The position numbers and the translations under genes were made by a program. Below, one piece after another: positions 39,102-47,756 of a DNA stretch of 64,000 bases. The DNA is from Spirochaetia bacterium (GTDB lineage Bacteria; Spirochaetota; Spirochaetia; CADAEX01): contig JAKSTW010000002.1 in assembly GCA_024402405.1 (NCBI GenBank), forward strand, positions 6,201-70,200, given 5' to 3'. The notes below the pieces were generated by a model. It saw only the letters and a list, made by a program, of their open reading frames with translations, was not told where the DNA came from and did no database searches. Positions within the stretch are counted from its first letter, which is position 1; each line of letters opens with the position of its first letter.

Positions 39102-39632
39102 ATGCAGAATCAGCACGAGGGGACGGAATTGGCTGTAGTACTTGATGATGAGAAAGAACGTCGGAGAAAATTAGCTGTCAGCGTGCTTCTTGAATATGAC
39201 GGAAACAAGATCGCAGCCATAAAGCGCTTTATGGAACGGTTCGATGTGGATATAGATAAAGCGCGGGAATATATAAACTGGGCTGAGGCTAAGATCCTCG
39301 GACAGCCTATGCCGCCAACTCCCGATATGATGTCTTCTTATGATGAGACTGACGAACCAGACAATGAGACCGCTGTCAGTGTAGATCCGGATATGACACC
39401 AGCTGTGAGAATCGATGCTCAGAAAAGCAAGCAAACCGGTGGTGGCTTTGATGAGACTGCTAGATGTTTTGGTTCCATTATCAGATTTTGTTTCAAAGCT
39501 TTTCTCTTGTTCTGTAAGGTTGGATTTTTTCTTTTATTGCTGCCATTCAGGGTGATTTTGGCGTTCATACTCGTTGATAGGCTGGACAACCACTTTAACA
39601 AAAAACAGGATGACTGGTGGAACTGGCTTTAG
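39102..39632 (+). CDS. Hypothetical membrane-anchored protein with ribosomal L7/L12 C-terminal-domain-like segment
   Basis: The segment NKIAAIKRFMERFDVDIDKAREYI resembles the L7/L12 C-terminal motif. A C-terminal hydrophobic helix follows. Confidence 0.35.
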   Translation: MQNQHEGTELAVVLDDEKERRRKLAVSVLLEYDGNKIAAIKRFMERFDVDIDKAREYINWAEAKILGQPMPPTPDMMSSYDETDEPDNETAVSVDPDMTPAVRIDAQKSKQTGGGFDETARCFGSIIRFCFKAFLLFCKVGFFLLLLPFRVILAFILVDRLDNHFNKKQDDWWNWL

Positions 39633-39640
39633 TGTATATT

Positions 39641-41422
39641 TCAGCGGATCAATGCCTTGGGTGATCTGCCTATAAGATCCCTGCGTCCTGCCAGGATCAG
39701 TGCTTTGCGTACTTTTTCCCTGTTCTCCGGCTTGTGGAAATGGAGCAGAGCACGCTGCATATTCTTCTCCTCCTCTGTCCCCGGCACATATACTTTCTTC
39801 ATTGTCAGCGGATCATAACCGGTATAATACATGCAGGTGGAAACAGTTCCTGGGGTAGGATAGAAATCCTGCACCTGGTCTGGTATGAACTTCTCATCCC
39901 GGAGGAATTCTGCCAGTTCTATTGCTGCCTTCAGGTCGCTGCCGGGATGTGAGGATATGAGGTATGGGATAAGATATTGTTTTTTCCCTATCCGCTCATT
40001 TTCCTCTTTGAACATCTTCTCAAATTTTCTGTAGACTTCCGGCCGTGGCTTGCCCATCAGATCCAGCACTCTGGCGCAGATATGTTCCGGTGCTATCTTC
40101 AGCTGTCCGCTTATGTGGTGTTGGCACAGCTCATGGAAAAATTCCTGGCTGCTGTCGGAGAGCAGATAATCAAAACGGATTCCAGACTTGATGAATACTT
40201 TTTTTATTCCAGGTATTGCCTTGAGCTTTCTGAGCAGTTCCAGATAATCCTCATGGCTTACCTTCATGTTTGGGCATGGCTTGGGAAAAAGGCATCTTCT
40301 GTCCTGACATGCTCCTGATTTCAGCTGCTTGTCGCAGGCAGGCTGCCGGAAATTGGCTGTAGGACCTCCCACGTCATTTATGTATCCCTTGAAATTCGGT
40401 TTCTTTGTCAGCCTGATTGCCTCGTCTATTATTGATTGATGGCTTCTGGCCTGAATGATCCTTCCCTGGTGGAATGTAAGGGCACAGAAATTGCAGCTGC
40501 CGAAACAGCCTCTGGCACTTATGAGACTGAATTCCACTTCCTTTATGGCCGGTACACCTCCATCTTTCTCATAGCATGGATGATATGTGCCCATATATGG
40601 CAGTGCATATACTCTGTCCATTTCCTCTGTTGTGAGGATTTTTGCGGGAGGGTTCTGGATCATATACTGGGTACCGGTTTTCTCAACCAGCATCTTGGCT
40701 GAGAATGGGTCTGTATTTCTGTACTGGATCGCAAAGCTCTTGGCAAAAGTTTTTTTGTCTGCCAGATCTTCCTCATATGATGGCAATGTTATGAGATCAC
40801 CTTCCGGGAGCTGTGAGCTTTTGACCACTGTCCCCCGGATGTCTTTCATATTTTTTATCTCCTCTCCTGCTTTGATGCGGCGGGAGATCTCCCAGAAAGG
40901 ATTCTCACCCATGCCATAGATCAGCATGTCTGCCTTGGAATCTGTCAGTATGGATCGGCGGAGTGAATCTGACCAGTAGTCGTAGTGGGAGAGTCTCCGG
41001 AGAGATGCTTCGATTCCTCCGATGATGATAGGGATGCCCTTGTATGCCTGCTTGGCCAAGGATGTATATACGATGATGGCTCTGTCCGGTCTCTTTCCTG
41101 CTATACCGCCAGGTGAGTACTGGTCTTTGCTACGGCGCTTGCTCTTTGATGAGAAATTTGCCACCATGGAATCCACATTTCCTGCATTTATCAGAAATGC
41201 CAGCTTCGGACGTCCCAGTGTCTTCACTGACTCAGGATCCTTCCAGTCAGGCTGAGGTATGATTCCTACCCTGAAACCTTCTGCTTCCAGCACTCTGGAT
41301 ACAATGGCAGTTCCGAAAGAAGGGTGATCCACATAGGCATCACCTGTAATTATGGCAAAATCAACAGAATCCCATCCTCTATTATGCATGTCTTCTTCTG
41401 AAATCGGCAGAAAATCTCTCAT
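39641..41422 (-). CDS. ygiQ: YgiQ-family (UPF0313) radical SAM protein
   Basis: It has a CxxxCxxC cluster (CFGSCNFC) and matches the YgiQ family N- and C-terminally. Length is 593 aa. Confidence 0.8.
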   Translation of the reverse strand: MRDFLPISEEDMHNRGWDSVDFAIITGDAYVDHPSFGTAIVSRVLEAEGFRVGIIPQPDWKDPESVKTLGRPKLAFLINAGNVDSMVANFSSKSKRRSKDQYSPGGIAGKRPDRAIIVYTSLAKQAYKGIPIIIGGIEASLRRLSHYDYWSDSLRRSILTDSKADMLIYGMGENPFWEISRRIKAGEEIKNMKDIRGTVVKSSQLPEGDLITLPSYEEDLADKKTFAKSFAIQYRNTDPFSAKMLVEKTGTQYMIQNPPAKILTTEEMDRVYALPYMGTYHPCYEKDGGVPAIKEVEFSLISARGCFGSCNFCALTFHQGRIIQARSHQSIIDEAIRLTKKPNFKGYINDVGGPTANFRQPACDKQLKSGACQDRRCLFPKPCPNMKVSHEDYLELLRKLKAIPGIKKVFIKSGIRFDYLLSDSSQEFFHELCQHHISGQLKIAPEHICARVLDLMGKPRPEVYRKFEKMFKEENERIGKKQYLIPYLISSHPGSDLKAAIELAEFLRDEKFIPDQVQDFYPTPGTVSTCMYYTGYDPLTMKKVYVPGTEEEKNMQRALLHFHKPENREKVRKALILAGRRDLIGRSPKALIR

Positions 41423-41516
41423 ATTGTCACCTGTTGAAAATCTATATCACTTTCAGAACAATGGCAACTGTTGTTTCAGGGTTGATTTACACTTCTGTTG
41501 ATTGTAGAATGGAACC

Positions 41517-41936
41517 ATGAGTTTAGAAATTACCCATCAGACATTTGCTGACAGACCTGATGCTGCTGAGATCGATCTGACCGGAACCATGGAGATTGCC
41601 GATGTGGAGTTCTTCCAGAGCCAGATCATGGATTTTATCAATGATGGCCATGTCCATCTGATCTTTGACTGTGCGGCTCTTGAGTCCATGGACAGCATGG
41701 GACTGGGATCCATGGCTTATATCCGGAAAACTCTTGATGTGAAAGGTGGCGATATGAAATTTCAGAACCTGTCTGATTCCATAAAGAATATGTTCATCAA
41801 TCTTGGATTCGGTGATTTTCTTGATGAGTCTGCCTTTCCTATGGCTGTGGTGTGCCTGCAGTGCGGCAGAAAGCTGAAATGCCCCGGGCATGGCAGATTC
41901 CGCTGCCCGGAGTGTAAGAATATACTGGTTATTTAG
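41517..41936 (+). CDS. STAS-domain (anti-sigma-factor antagonist-like) protein fused to C-terminal zinc ribbon
   Basis: It has a SpoIIAA-like STAS core and C-terminal CLQCG...CPECK. Confidence 0.55.
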   Translation: MSLEITHQTFADRPDAAEIDLTGTMEIADVEFFQSQIMDFINDGHVHLIFDCAALESMDSMGLGSMAYIRKTLDVKGGDMKFQNLSDSIKNMFINLGFGDFLDESAFPMAVVCLQCGRKLKCPGHGRFRCPECKNILVI

Positions 41937-42444
41937 TCTCTTTCTCTTCGTCTTCTTTCTGAAGAGGGAAGCCCTGAACCATCTCGTCGCTGTATGCTTC
42001 TCTGATATCTGTGACTTTGATGTCAAAGAAAAGAGGTTTGCCTGCCAGCGGATGATTGGCGTCGACTACAACTGAATTTTCTTTTATTTCTTTTACTGTA
42101 AGGATATATGATACATCATCAACTACTGTCTCAAATTCCATTCCAACTTTGATGTCAGCCTTGTTCTCCTCTGTGCCGTTGGTGAAATTTTCTTTCGGAA
42201 GTGAAAAAATCATGTTCTCATCCCTGTTTCCGTAACCTTTTTCCGGTGGAACTGCCACAGAAAGTGTGTCTCCTACTTTCTTGCCCTCCAGTGCTTCTTC
42301 CAGACCTGGCACCAGATTCTTGAATCCGTGGAGGTATGTCAGTGACATGTTCTGGTCGAGGATGTCACCTGTCTCATTTTTCAATGTGTATTCAATTGTG
42401 ACTACTTTTTTTCTCTCAATGATCTTTGTATTTGTATTTTCCAT
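41929..42444 (-). CDS. FKBP-type peptidyl-prolyl cis-trans isomerase (SlyD/FkpB-like)
   Basis: It has an FKBP fold with an insert-in-flap arrangement and an acidic C-terminal tail. Confidence 0.7.
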   Translation of the reverse strand: MENTNTKIIERKKVVTIEYTLKNETGDILDQNMSLTYLHGFKNLVPGLEEALEGKKVGDTLSVAVPPEKGYGNRDENMIFSLPKENFTNGTEENKADIKVGMEFETVVDDVSYILTVKEIKENSVVVDANHPLAGKPLFFDIKVTDIREAYSDEMVQGFPLQKEDEEKETK

Positions 42445-42461
42445 AATTGTCTCCTGAATTA

Positions 42462-43460
42462 TTATCTTTTAAGTGCCATTGCACAGATTTTCTCGCACAG
42501 ATCTCCGAAAGAGATTCCCATTTTTGCCGCAGACTGGGGGAGCAGACTGGTGGCTGTCATACCTGGCAGAGTATTGATCTCCAGCACATAAATCTCGCCT
42601 TCCGGTGTCATCCTCAGATCGACTCTGCAGTAATTCTCGATTTTTGCTGCTTTGGCTGCAGCCAGTGCTATGGAACGCATTCTGTCTGATACAGCACTGC
42701 TGAGAGGTGCCGGGAAGATCTCCTCTGCTCCGCCTGGCATATATTTGCTCTGGAAGTCAAAGATCTCTGAAAGCTTAGGAATTATCTCACCGACTGCCAG
42801 CGCCTGTCCGTCCAGGATGCCGACTGTGAATTCCCTGCCTGGAATGAACTTTTCAAGCATGACCTCTGTATCATATTTACAGGCTGTTTCCACAGCTTTC
42901 TGCAGATCCTCCTGTTTCTTCACAACAGTGAGTCCTACTGTGGAGCCCTCTTTGTTAGGCTTGACGATAAGAGGAAGGCCCAGTTTCCGGACTGCTGCAT
43001 CCAGATCTGTGGGCATCATCAGCCATTCCGGAGTCGGAACTCCGTTTCTGACGAACATCATCTTTGAGATGTCCTTATCCATGCAGCATGCGCTCGGTGT
43101 GTGGGACGGACCTGTGTATGGAATGCCCATTATGTCCAGGAATCCCTGCATGGCACCATTTTCTCCCTTGCCGCCGTGAAGTGCCAGAAAGCATACATCT
43201 ATATTTTTAAAGATTCCCTGTGCTATAAGCGGCAGAAGTCCTCCTGTCATCATCTTCAGGCTGTCTGTGTCCGGTGGCAGCGGCGGCACCTTGCTGCTGA
43301 GAAATGCCTCCTCGTCCTGTGGCTTTATAAGGCCGGTTGCGGTATCTATGGCAATGACATTGTGTCCTCTGTCCCTCAGAACTTTGAAAACCTGGGCAGC
43401 ACTGGCGATGGAGACATCACGCTCTGAGCTCTGTCCCCCGAAAAGTACAGCTATATTCAT
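42462..43460 (-). CDS. ddl: D-alanine--D-alanine ligase
   Basis: It has the N-terminal motif VLFGGQSSERDVS and an ATP-grasp domain. Length is 332 aa. Confidence 0.85.
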   Translation of the reverse strand: MNIAVLFGGQSSERDVSIASAAQVFKVLRDRGHNVIAIDTATGLIKPQDEEAFLSSKVPPLPPDTDSLKMMTGGLLPLIAQGIFKNIDVCFLALHGGKGENGAMQGFLDIMGIPYTGPSHTPSACCMDKDISKMMFVRNGVPTPEWLMMPTDLDAAVRKLGLPLIVKPNKEGSTVGLTVVKKQEDLQKAVETACKYDTEVMLEKFIPGREFTVGILDGQALAVGEIIPKLSEIFDFQSKYMPGGAEEIFPAPLSSAVSDRMRSIALAAAKAAKIENYCRVDLRMTPEGEIYVLEINTLPGMTATSLLPQSAAKMGISFGDLCEKICAMALKR

Positions 43461-43609
43461 TTCTTTATTCCCTCAACATATATCTTTTATGTTTAAAGTG
43501 AATGTATCAGATTTTTTTAATTCTGTTAATTACTTGCTAAAATATAAATTGAAAGATGTTTCTTATTATGATAGTCTCATAGAAGTAATTTTTTAAAATA
43601 GAGGTAAAT

Positions 43610-44794
43610 ATGGCTGTTTCTTCTCAGATAATCGAATCCATGAAAAATTCATCATGGATCCGCAAGATGTTTGAGGCAGGAGCCGAACTGGCAGCAAAAG
43701 TTGGTGCTGAGAATGTTTTCGACTTCACTCTGGGTAATCCTAATATAGAACCACCGGAGGAATTCCGGCAGAAGATCATTGATTATATCAATGCTCCCGG
43801 AAAGGGAAAGTTCGGATATATGGCTAATGCCGGATATGCTGATGTCCGTGAGAAAGTTGCCGCTTATGTGGGTGGCATAGAGAATGTGAAGATCCCGGCA
43901 GGGAATGTTATCATGACATGCGGTGCCGCAGGTGGAATGAACTCGATCCTGAAGACGATCCTAAATCCTGGCGACAATGTTATTGTAAGTGCTCCTTTCT
44001 TTGCTGAGTATACCGCTTATGTTGCCAACCACTGCGGAAAGCTGGTTGCTGTACCTTGCAAGGCAGATCTGGATCTGGATGTGGATGGATTGGAAAAGGC
44101 TATCAGCGGCAAGACTGTGGCAATGATAATGAATTCCCCGAACAACCCTTCCGGACGTGTCTATCCGGCAGAGACAGTCAGAAAGCTTGCAGCCATGCTG
44201 AGAAGAAAAAGTGCTGAGATCGGTCATGCGATTTATCTTATCAGCGATGAGCCATACAAGAAGATTATTTTTGACGGAAGGACAGTCCCTGGAACTTTTG
44301 CAGAATATGAGAATGCCATTATCTGTACATCTTTCTCCAAAGATCTTTCTATTCCTGGTCAGAGAATCGGATATACTGTAGTCAATCCGAAAGCTGAGGA
44401 TGTTGAGACACTGATAAATGGAATCGTTCTCTGCACAAGAATTCTGGGATATGTCAATGCCCCTGCAATAATGCAGAAAGTTGTGGCAGATATGCTTGGA
44501 AAGAGTGTGGATATCAGTTTCTATGAGAAGAAGAGAGACAGAATATGTGAGATCCTGGGGAAGATCGGATATGAGTTTGTAAAGCCTGAGGGTGCTTTCT
44601 ATCTGTTCCCTAAGGCTCCTGATGGAGATGATCTGAAGGCTGTGGAAGCTTTGAGAAATGAAAATATTCTGGTAGTTCCTGGCCGCGGATTCGGATGTCC
44701 TGGATATTTCAGGATCGCATTCTGTGTTTCCGATGCTGTGATCGAAGGTTCAGCTGCTGGCTTTGAGAGAGCTTTCAAAGCCATGAATAAATAA
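43610..44794 (+). CDS. Class I/II PLP-dependent aminotransferase (aspartate/aromatic type)
   Basis: It has the SFSKD PLP-lysine motif and a conserved Asn-Pro region. It is located just upstream of iorAB. Confidence 0.75.
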   Translation: MAVSSQIIESMKNSSWIRKMFEAGAELAAKVGAENVFDFTLGNPNIEPPEEFRQKIIDYINAPGKGKFGYMANAGYADVREKVAAYVGGIENVKIPAGNVIMTCGAAGGMNSILKTILNPGDNVIVSAPFFAEYTAYVANHCGKLVAVPCKADLDLDVDGLEKAISGKTVAMIMNSPNNPSGRVYPAETVRKLAAMLRRKSAEIGHAIYLISDEPYKKIIFDGRTVPGTFAEYENAIICTSFSKDLSIPGQRIGYTVVNPKAEDVETLINGIVLCTRILGYVNAPAIMQKVVADMLGKSVDISFYEKKRDRICEILGKIGYEFVKPEGAFYLFPKAPDGDDLKAVEALRNENILVVPGRGFGCPGYFRIAFCVSDAVIEGSAAGFERAFKAMNK

Positions 44795-44818
44795 TTTGGA
44801 TATATAAGGAGTTGTCAA

Positions 44819-46426
44819 ATGTCTGAATTGGTATTGTTGGGAGATGAGGCAGTTGCTCTGGGTGCCATCCATGCCGGACTTTCCGGTGCCTATGGTTATC
44901 CTGGAACACCATCATCTGAGATACTTGAATATCTTATAAATGAAGCAGAGAAGACAAAGGCTTTCCATGCTTCCTGGTGCAGCAATGAGAAGACTGCTTA
45001 TGAGGATGCTCTTGGAACTTCTTTCGCAGGAAAGAGAGCAATTGTAACAATGAAGCATGTTGGTCTTAATGTGGCGGCTGATCCGTTCATGAACTCAGCA
45101 CTGCTGAAGATCAATGGCGGTCTGGTTATCGTTGTGGCTGATGACCCTGGTATGCACTCATCACAGGGTGAGCAGGATTCTCGTTTCTTCGCTGATTTTG
45201 CCAAGGTTCCATGTTTCGAACCTACCAACCAGCAGGAAGCTTATGAGATGACCCGCGAGGCTTTCGATATTTCTGAAAAATACAAGGTGCCTGTGCTTAT
45301 GAGAATGGTGACAAGACTGGCTCATTCCAGGGCTGTTATCACACCATGGGATAAGGTGAGGGCACAGAATCCGGTGAAACGTCCTGAAGATACAAAGGGA
45401 TGGAGACTGCTTCCTGCCCTGGCACAGAAACTCTGGGTTGAACTGCTGGAGACAAACAAGGAGTTTGCAGCATATTCTGAACAGACACCATTCAATAAAC
45501 TTACAATAAATCCTGACTGCAAGAAACTGGGTATCATCACAACAGGGCTGGGAAAGAACTATTTTGAAGAGAACCTGCCTGATATGGACTGCAAGCCTTC
45601 TCATCTGCATATCGGTTTCTATCCTGCTCCTGTGGAGAAGATCAGAAAACTGGCAGAAAATGTTGATAAGATTCTGGTTATAGAAGAAGGCTACCCTGTA
45701 ATTGAAACAAGACTCCGCGGTATTCTGCCACAGAATATTGCCATTGAGGGAAAACTTGACGGTAAGGTTCCTATGACCGGAGAGCTGGATCCGGATGTTG
45801 TCAGACCTGCTCTTGGACTGAGCAGAATTCCTAGCCGGAAAGTTGAAGGTCTTCCTGGACGTCCTCCACAGCTGTGCCAGGGCTGTCCTCATGTTGATTC
45901 CTATGAGGCTATCAATCTGGCTGTCAAGGACTATCCGCAGCACATTGTGGCTTCTGATATCGGATGCTATTCACTTGGTGCCCTGCCACCATATTGTGCC
46001 ATCGAGACGATCATCTGCATGGGTGCGTCCATCGGAACAGCACAGGGAGCTGCTGAAGCTGGTCTGAAACCTGCACTGGCTGTGATCGGTGACAGCACAT
46101 TCTATCATTCCGGTCTTACAGGACTGGTCAATGCAGTTGCTGCCAATGCACCTATGACAGTCATTATCCTGGATAACTCAACTGTGGCTATGACCGGGGG
46201 ACAGAGCACAATACTGCCATCCAGCAAACTGTATAATCTGGTCATCGGTCTTGGTGCTGATCCTGAGCATGTCAAAACTATTGTTCCTCTCAAGAAGAAT
46301 CTGGAGGAGAATGCGGCCATAATCAAGAAAGAAATGGAATATGAGGGATTGTCTGTCATCATTTCTGTAAGGGAATGTCTGGAAGAGGCAAAACGCCGTA
46401 TGAAAAGGGAGAGCTTGAAAAAATGA
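44819..46426 (+). CDS. iorA: Indolepyruvate:ferredoxin oxidoreductase alpha subunit
   Basis: It has a TPP-binding domain and ferredoxin-type Cys motifs (CQGCPH), followed by iorB. Confidence 0.8.
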   Translation: MSELVLLGDEAVALGAIHAGLSGAYGYPGTPSSEILEYLINEAEKTKAFHASWCSNEKTAYEDALGTSFAGKRAIVTMKHVGLNVAADPFMNSALLKINGGLVIVVADDPGMHSSQGEQDSRFFADFAKVPCFEPTNQQEAYEMTREAFDISEKYKVPVLMRMVTRLAHSRAVITPWDKVRAQNPVKRPEDTKGWRLLPALAQKLWVELLETNKEFAAYSEQTPFNKLTINPDCKKLGIITTGLGKNYFEENLPDMDCKPSHLHIGFYPAPVEKIRKLAENVDKILVIEEGYPVIETRLRGILPQNIAIEGKLDGKVPMTGELDPDVVRPALGLSRIPSRKVEGLPGRPPQLCQGCPHVDSYEAINLAVKDYPQHIVASDIGCYSLGALPPYCAIETIICMGASIGTAQGAAEAGLKPALAVIGDSTFYHSGLTGLVNAVAANAPMTVIILDNSTVAMTGGQSTILPSSKLYNLVIGLGADPEHVKTIVPLKKNLEENAAIIKKEMEYEGLSVIISVRECLEEAKRRMKRESLKK

Positions 46427-46989
46427 AATATGATATTATTCTTGCAGGTGTAGGCGGACAGGGAGTGCTTTCACTGGCTGCCATTATTGCCAAGGGTGCA
46501 ATGAAGGATAACCTCCAGGTAAGACAGTCTGAGGTTCACGGAATGTCACAGAGAGGCGGTGCAGTCATGTCTCACCTCAGACTTTCTGATTCCGATATTT
46601 CCAGCGATCTGGTGCGCAAGGGAACTGCCGACCTGATCTTGGGTATGGAACCTATGGAAGTCCTCAGATATTCTGAGTTTCTGGCTCCTGACGGAGTTAT
46701 CATCACAGCGAAAGAGCCATTTGTGAACATCCCTAATTATCCTGATGTTCAGTCAGTTTATGACAAGGTTGCCACATTCAAGGATTCAAGGCTTGTTGAG
46801 TCTGTGGCGCTGGCAAAGGCAGCTGGTAACGCAAAAGCTGTGAATATGGTCGTGATCGGTGCAGCTGCTTCTGTTCTTCCAGTGAAGGCAGAATCCCTTA
46901 AATGGGCTATCAGCGAGCTTTTCGCTGCCAAGGGAGCTGAGACCGTGGCTAAGAACCTGAAGGCTTTTGACTTAGGACTTAAGAAATAA
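46423..46989 (+). CDS. iorB: Indolepyruvate:ferredoxin oxidoreductase beta subunit
   Basis: The MKYDIILAGVGGQG start overlaps the iorA stop (ATGA). It matches the pyruvate:ferredoxin oxidoreductase gamma-like fold. Confidence 0.75.
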   Translation: MKYDIILAGVGGQGVLSLAAIIAKGAMKDNLQVRQSEVHGMSQRGGAVMSHLRLSDSDISSDLVRKGTADLILGMEPMEVLRYSEFLAPDGVIITAKEPFVNIPNYPDVQSVYDKVATFKDSRLVESVALAKAAGNAKAVNMVVIGAAASVLPVKAESLKWAISELFAAKGAETVAKNLKAFDLGLKK

Positions 46990-47014
46990 TTTCTGATCTG
47001 TTTTGTTTATACAG

Positions 47015-47042
47015 GCCGGCACAGGAAGTGCCGGCTTTTTTA
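47015..47042 (+). terminator. Rho-independent terminator after iorB
   Basis: The hairpin is GCCGGCAC-aggaa-GTGCCGGC, followed by T7. Confidence 0.65.
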
Positions 47043-47057
47043 TTTTAAAGATAAGAT

Positions 47058-47178
47058 GCTCTGTCCCCCTTGGAATATTTTATTTATAACATCATAAATA
47101 AAATAAATTATGATATATGAATTTTCCCTTTTCTTTCTTTCATTAGACTGGAAAATTGAATTTTTTGGGGGACAGAGC
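47058..47178. repeat. REPIN-like doublet: perfect 12-bp inverted repeats GCTCTGTCCCCC / GGGGGACAGAGC enclosing a 97-bp AT-rich spacer
   Basis: The inverted repeats are read directly from the sequence. The same core recurs at least 13 more times in the window. Confidence 0.6.
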
Positions 47179-47235
47179 ATGGAATTTTGAATCAAAATCC
47201 TATTTTTTTCACTATATGAAATAATAGGAGGATAT

Positions 47236-47706
47236 ATGAGCAGAAAGTGCAGGGTGATTGTGGATGGTGGTGTTTATCACATTTATAACAAAATAAATGC
47301 ATGTGAGTATCTTCTGGCAGATTCGGAGACAAAAGATTTATTTCTGAAAGTACTGACAGAAGCTAAAAAAATCAAAGAATTCAGATTCAGAATCAAAAAT
47401 CTTACGATCATGAATAATCATATTCATATGCAGGTAAAAATGGATCGCGGTGAAAATCTTTCCAAGGTAATGCAGTGGATATTTTCAGTATTTGCACAGA
47501 GATATAATAGAAAATATAGCAGAAAAGGACATCTGTGGATTGACAGGTTCAAGAGCAAAGTTATTGAAAGCATAACTACATTTGAAAAGGTTTTTGAATA
47601 TATAACAAATAATCCTGTCAAAGCTGGAATTGTCAATCATGCGGAAGATTATGAATATGGAGTGTTTCATATTTCAAGGAAATGGATAGGGCTTATAGAT
47701 TTTTAA
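47236..47706 (+). CDS. REP-associated tyrosine transposase (RAYT) / IS200-like Y1 HUH transposase (COG1943-type)
   Basis: It has the HUH motif HIHMQV, an N-terminal YHIYNK motif, GHLWIDRF and the hallmark C-terminal YITNNPVKAGIV motif. It is flanked by inverted copies of the GGGGACAGAG repeat. Confidence 0.65.
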   Translation: MSRKCRVIVDGGVYHIYNKINACEYLLADSETKDLFLKVLTEAKKIKEFRFRIKNLTIMNNHIHMQVKMDRGENLSKVMQWIFSVFAQRYNRKYSRKGHLWIDRFKSKVIESITTFEKVFEYITNNPVKAGIVNHAEDYEYGVFHISRKWIGLIDF

Positions 47707-47718
47707 TCTTTTTTGCTC

Positions 47719-47728
47719 CTCTGTCCCC
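47719..47728. repeat. Copy of the CTCTGTCCCC repeat (inverted relative to the copy at 47167), 13 nt downstream of the RAYT stop
   Basis: This is an exact 10-mer match. Confidence 0.6.
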
Positions 47729-47756
47729 GATTTATTTTCTATGTTATAATATCTGT

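Noticed and set aside
46375-46426. The ORF-track iorB start at 46375, overlapping iorA by 52 bp.
   Set aside because: The N-terminal extension is not conserved-looking. MKYDIILAGVGGQG at 46423 matches the family N-terminus and gives a typical ATGA overlap.
47058-47178. Considered that the inverted-repeat element is an IS200/IS605 end or a MITE derived from a DDE transposon.
   Set aside because: IS200/IS605 ends are sub-terminal hairpins rather than terminal inverted repeats, and no tnpB is present. The same 10-12-mer recurs inside CDSs, which a MITE would not explain. REP/RAYT or a genome-wide signal fits better.
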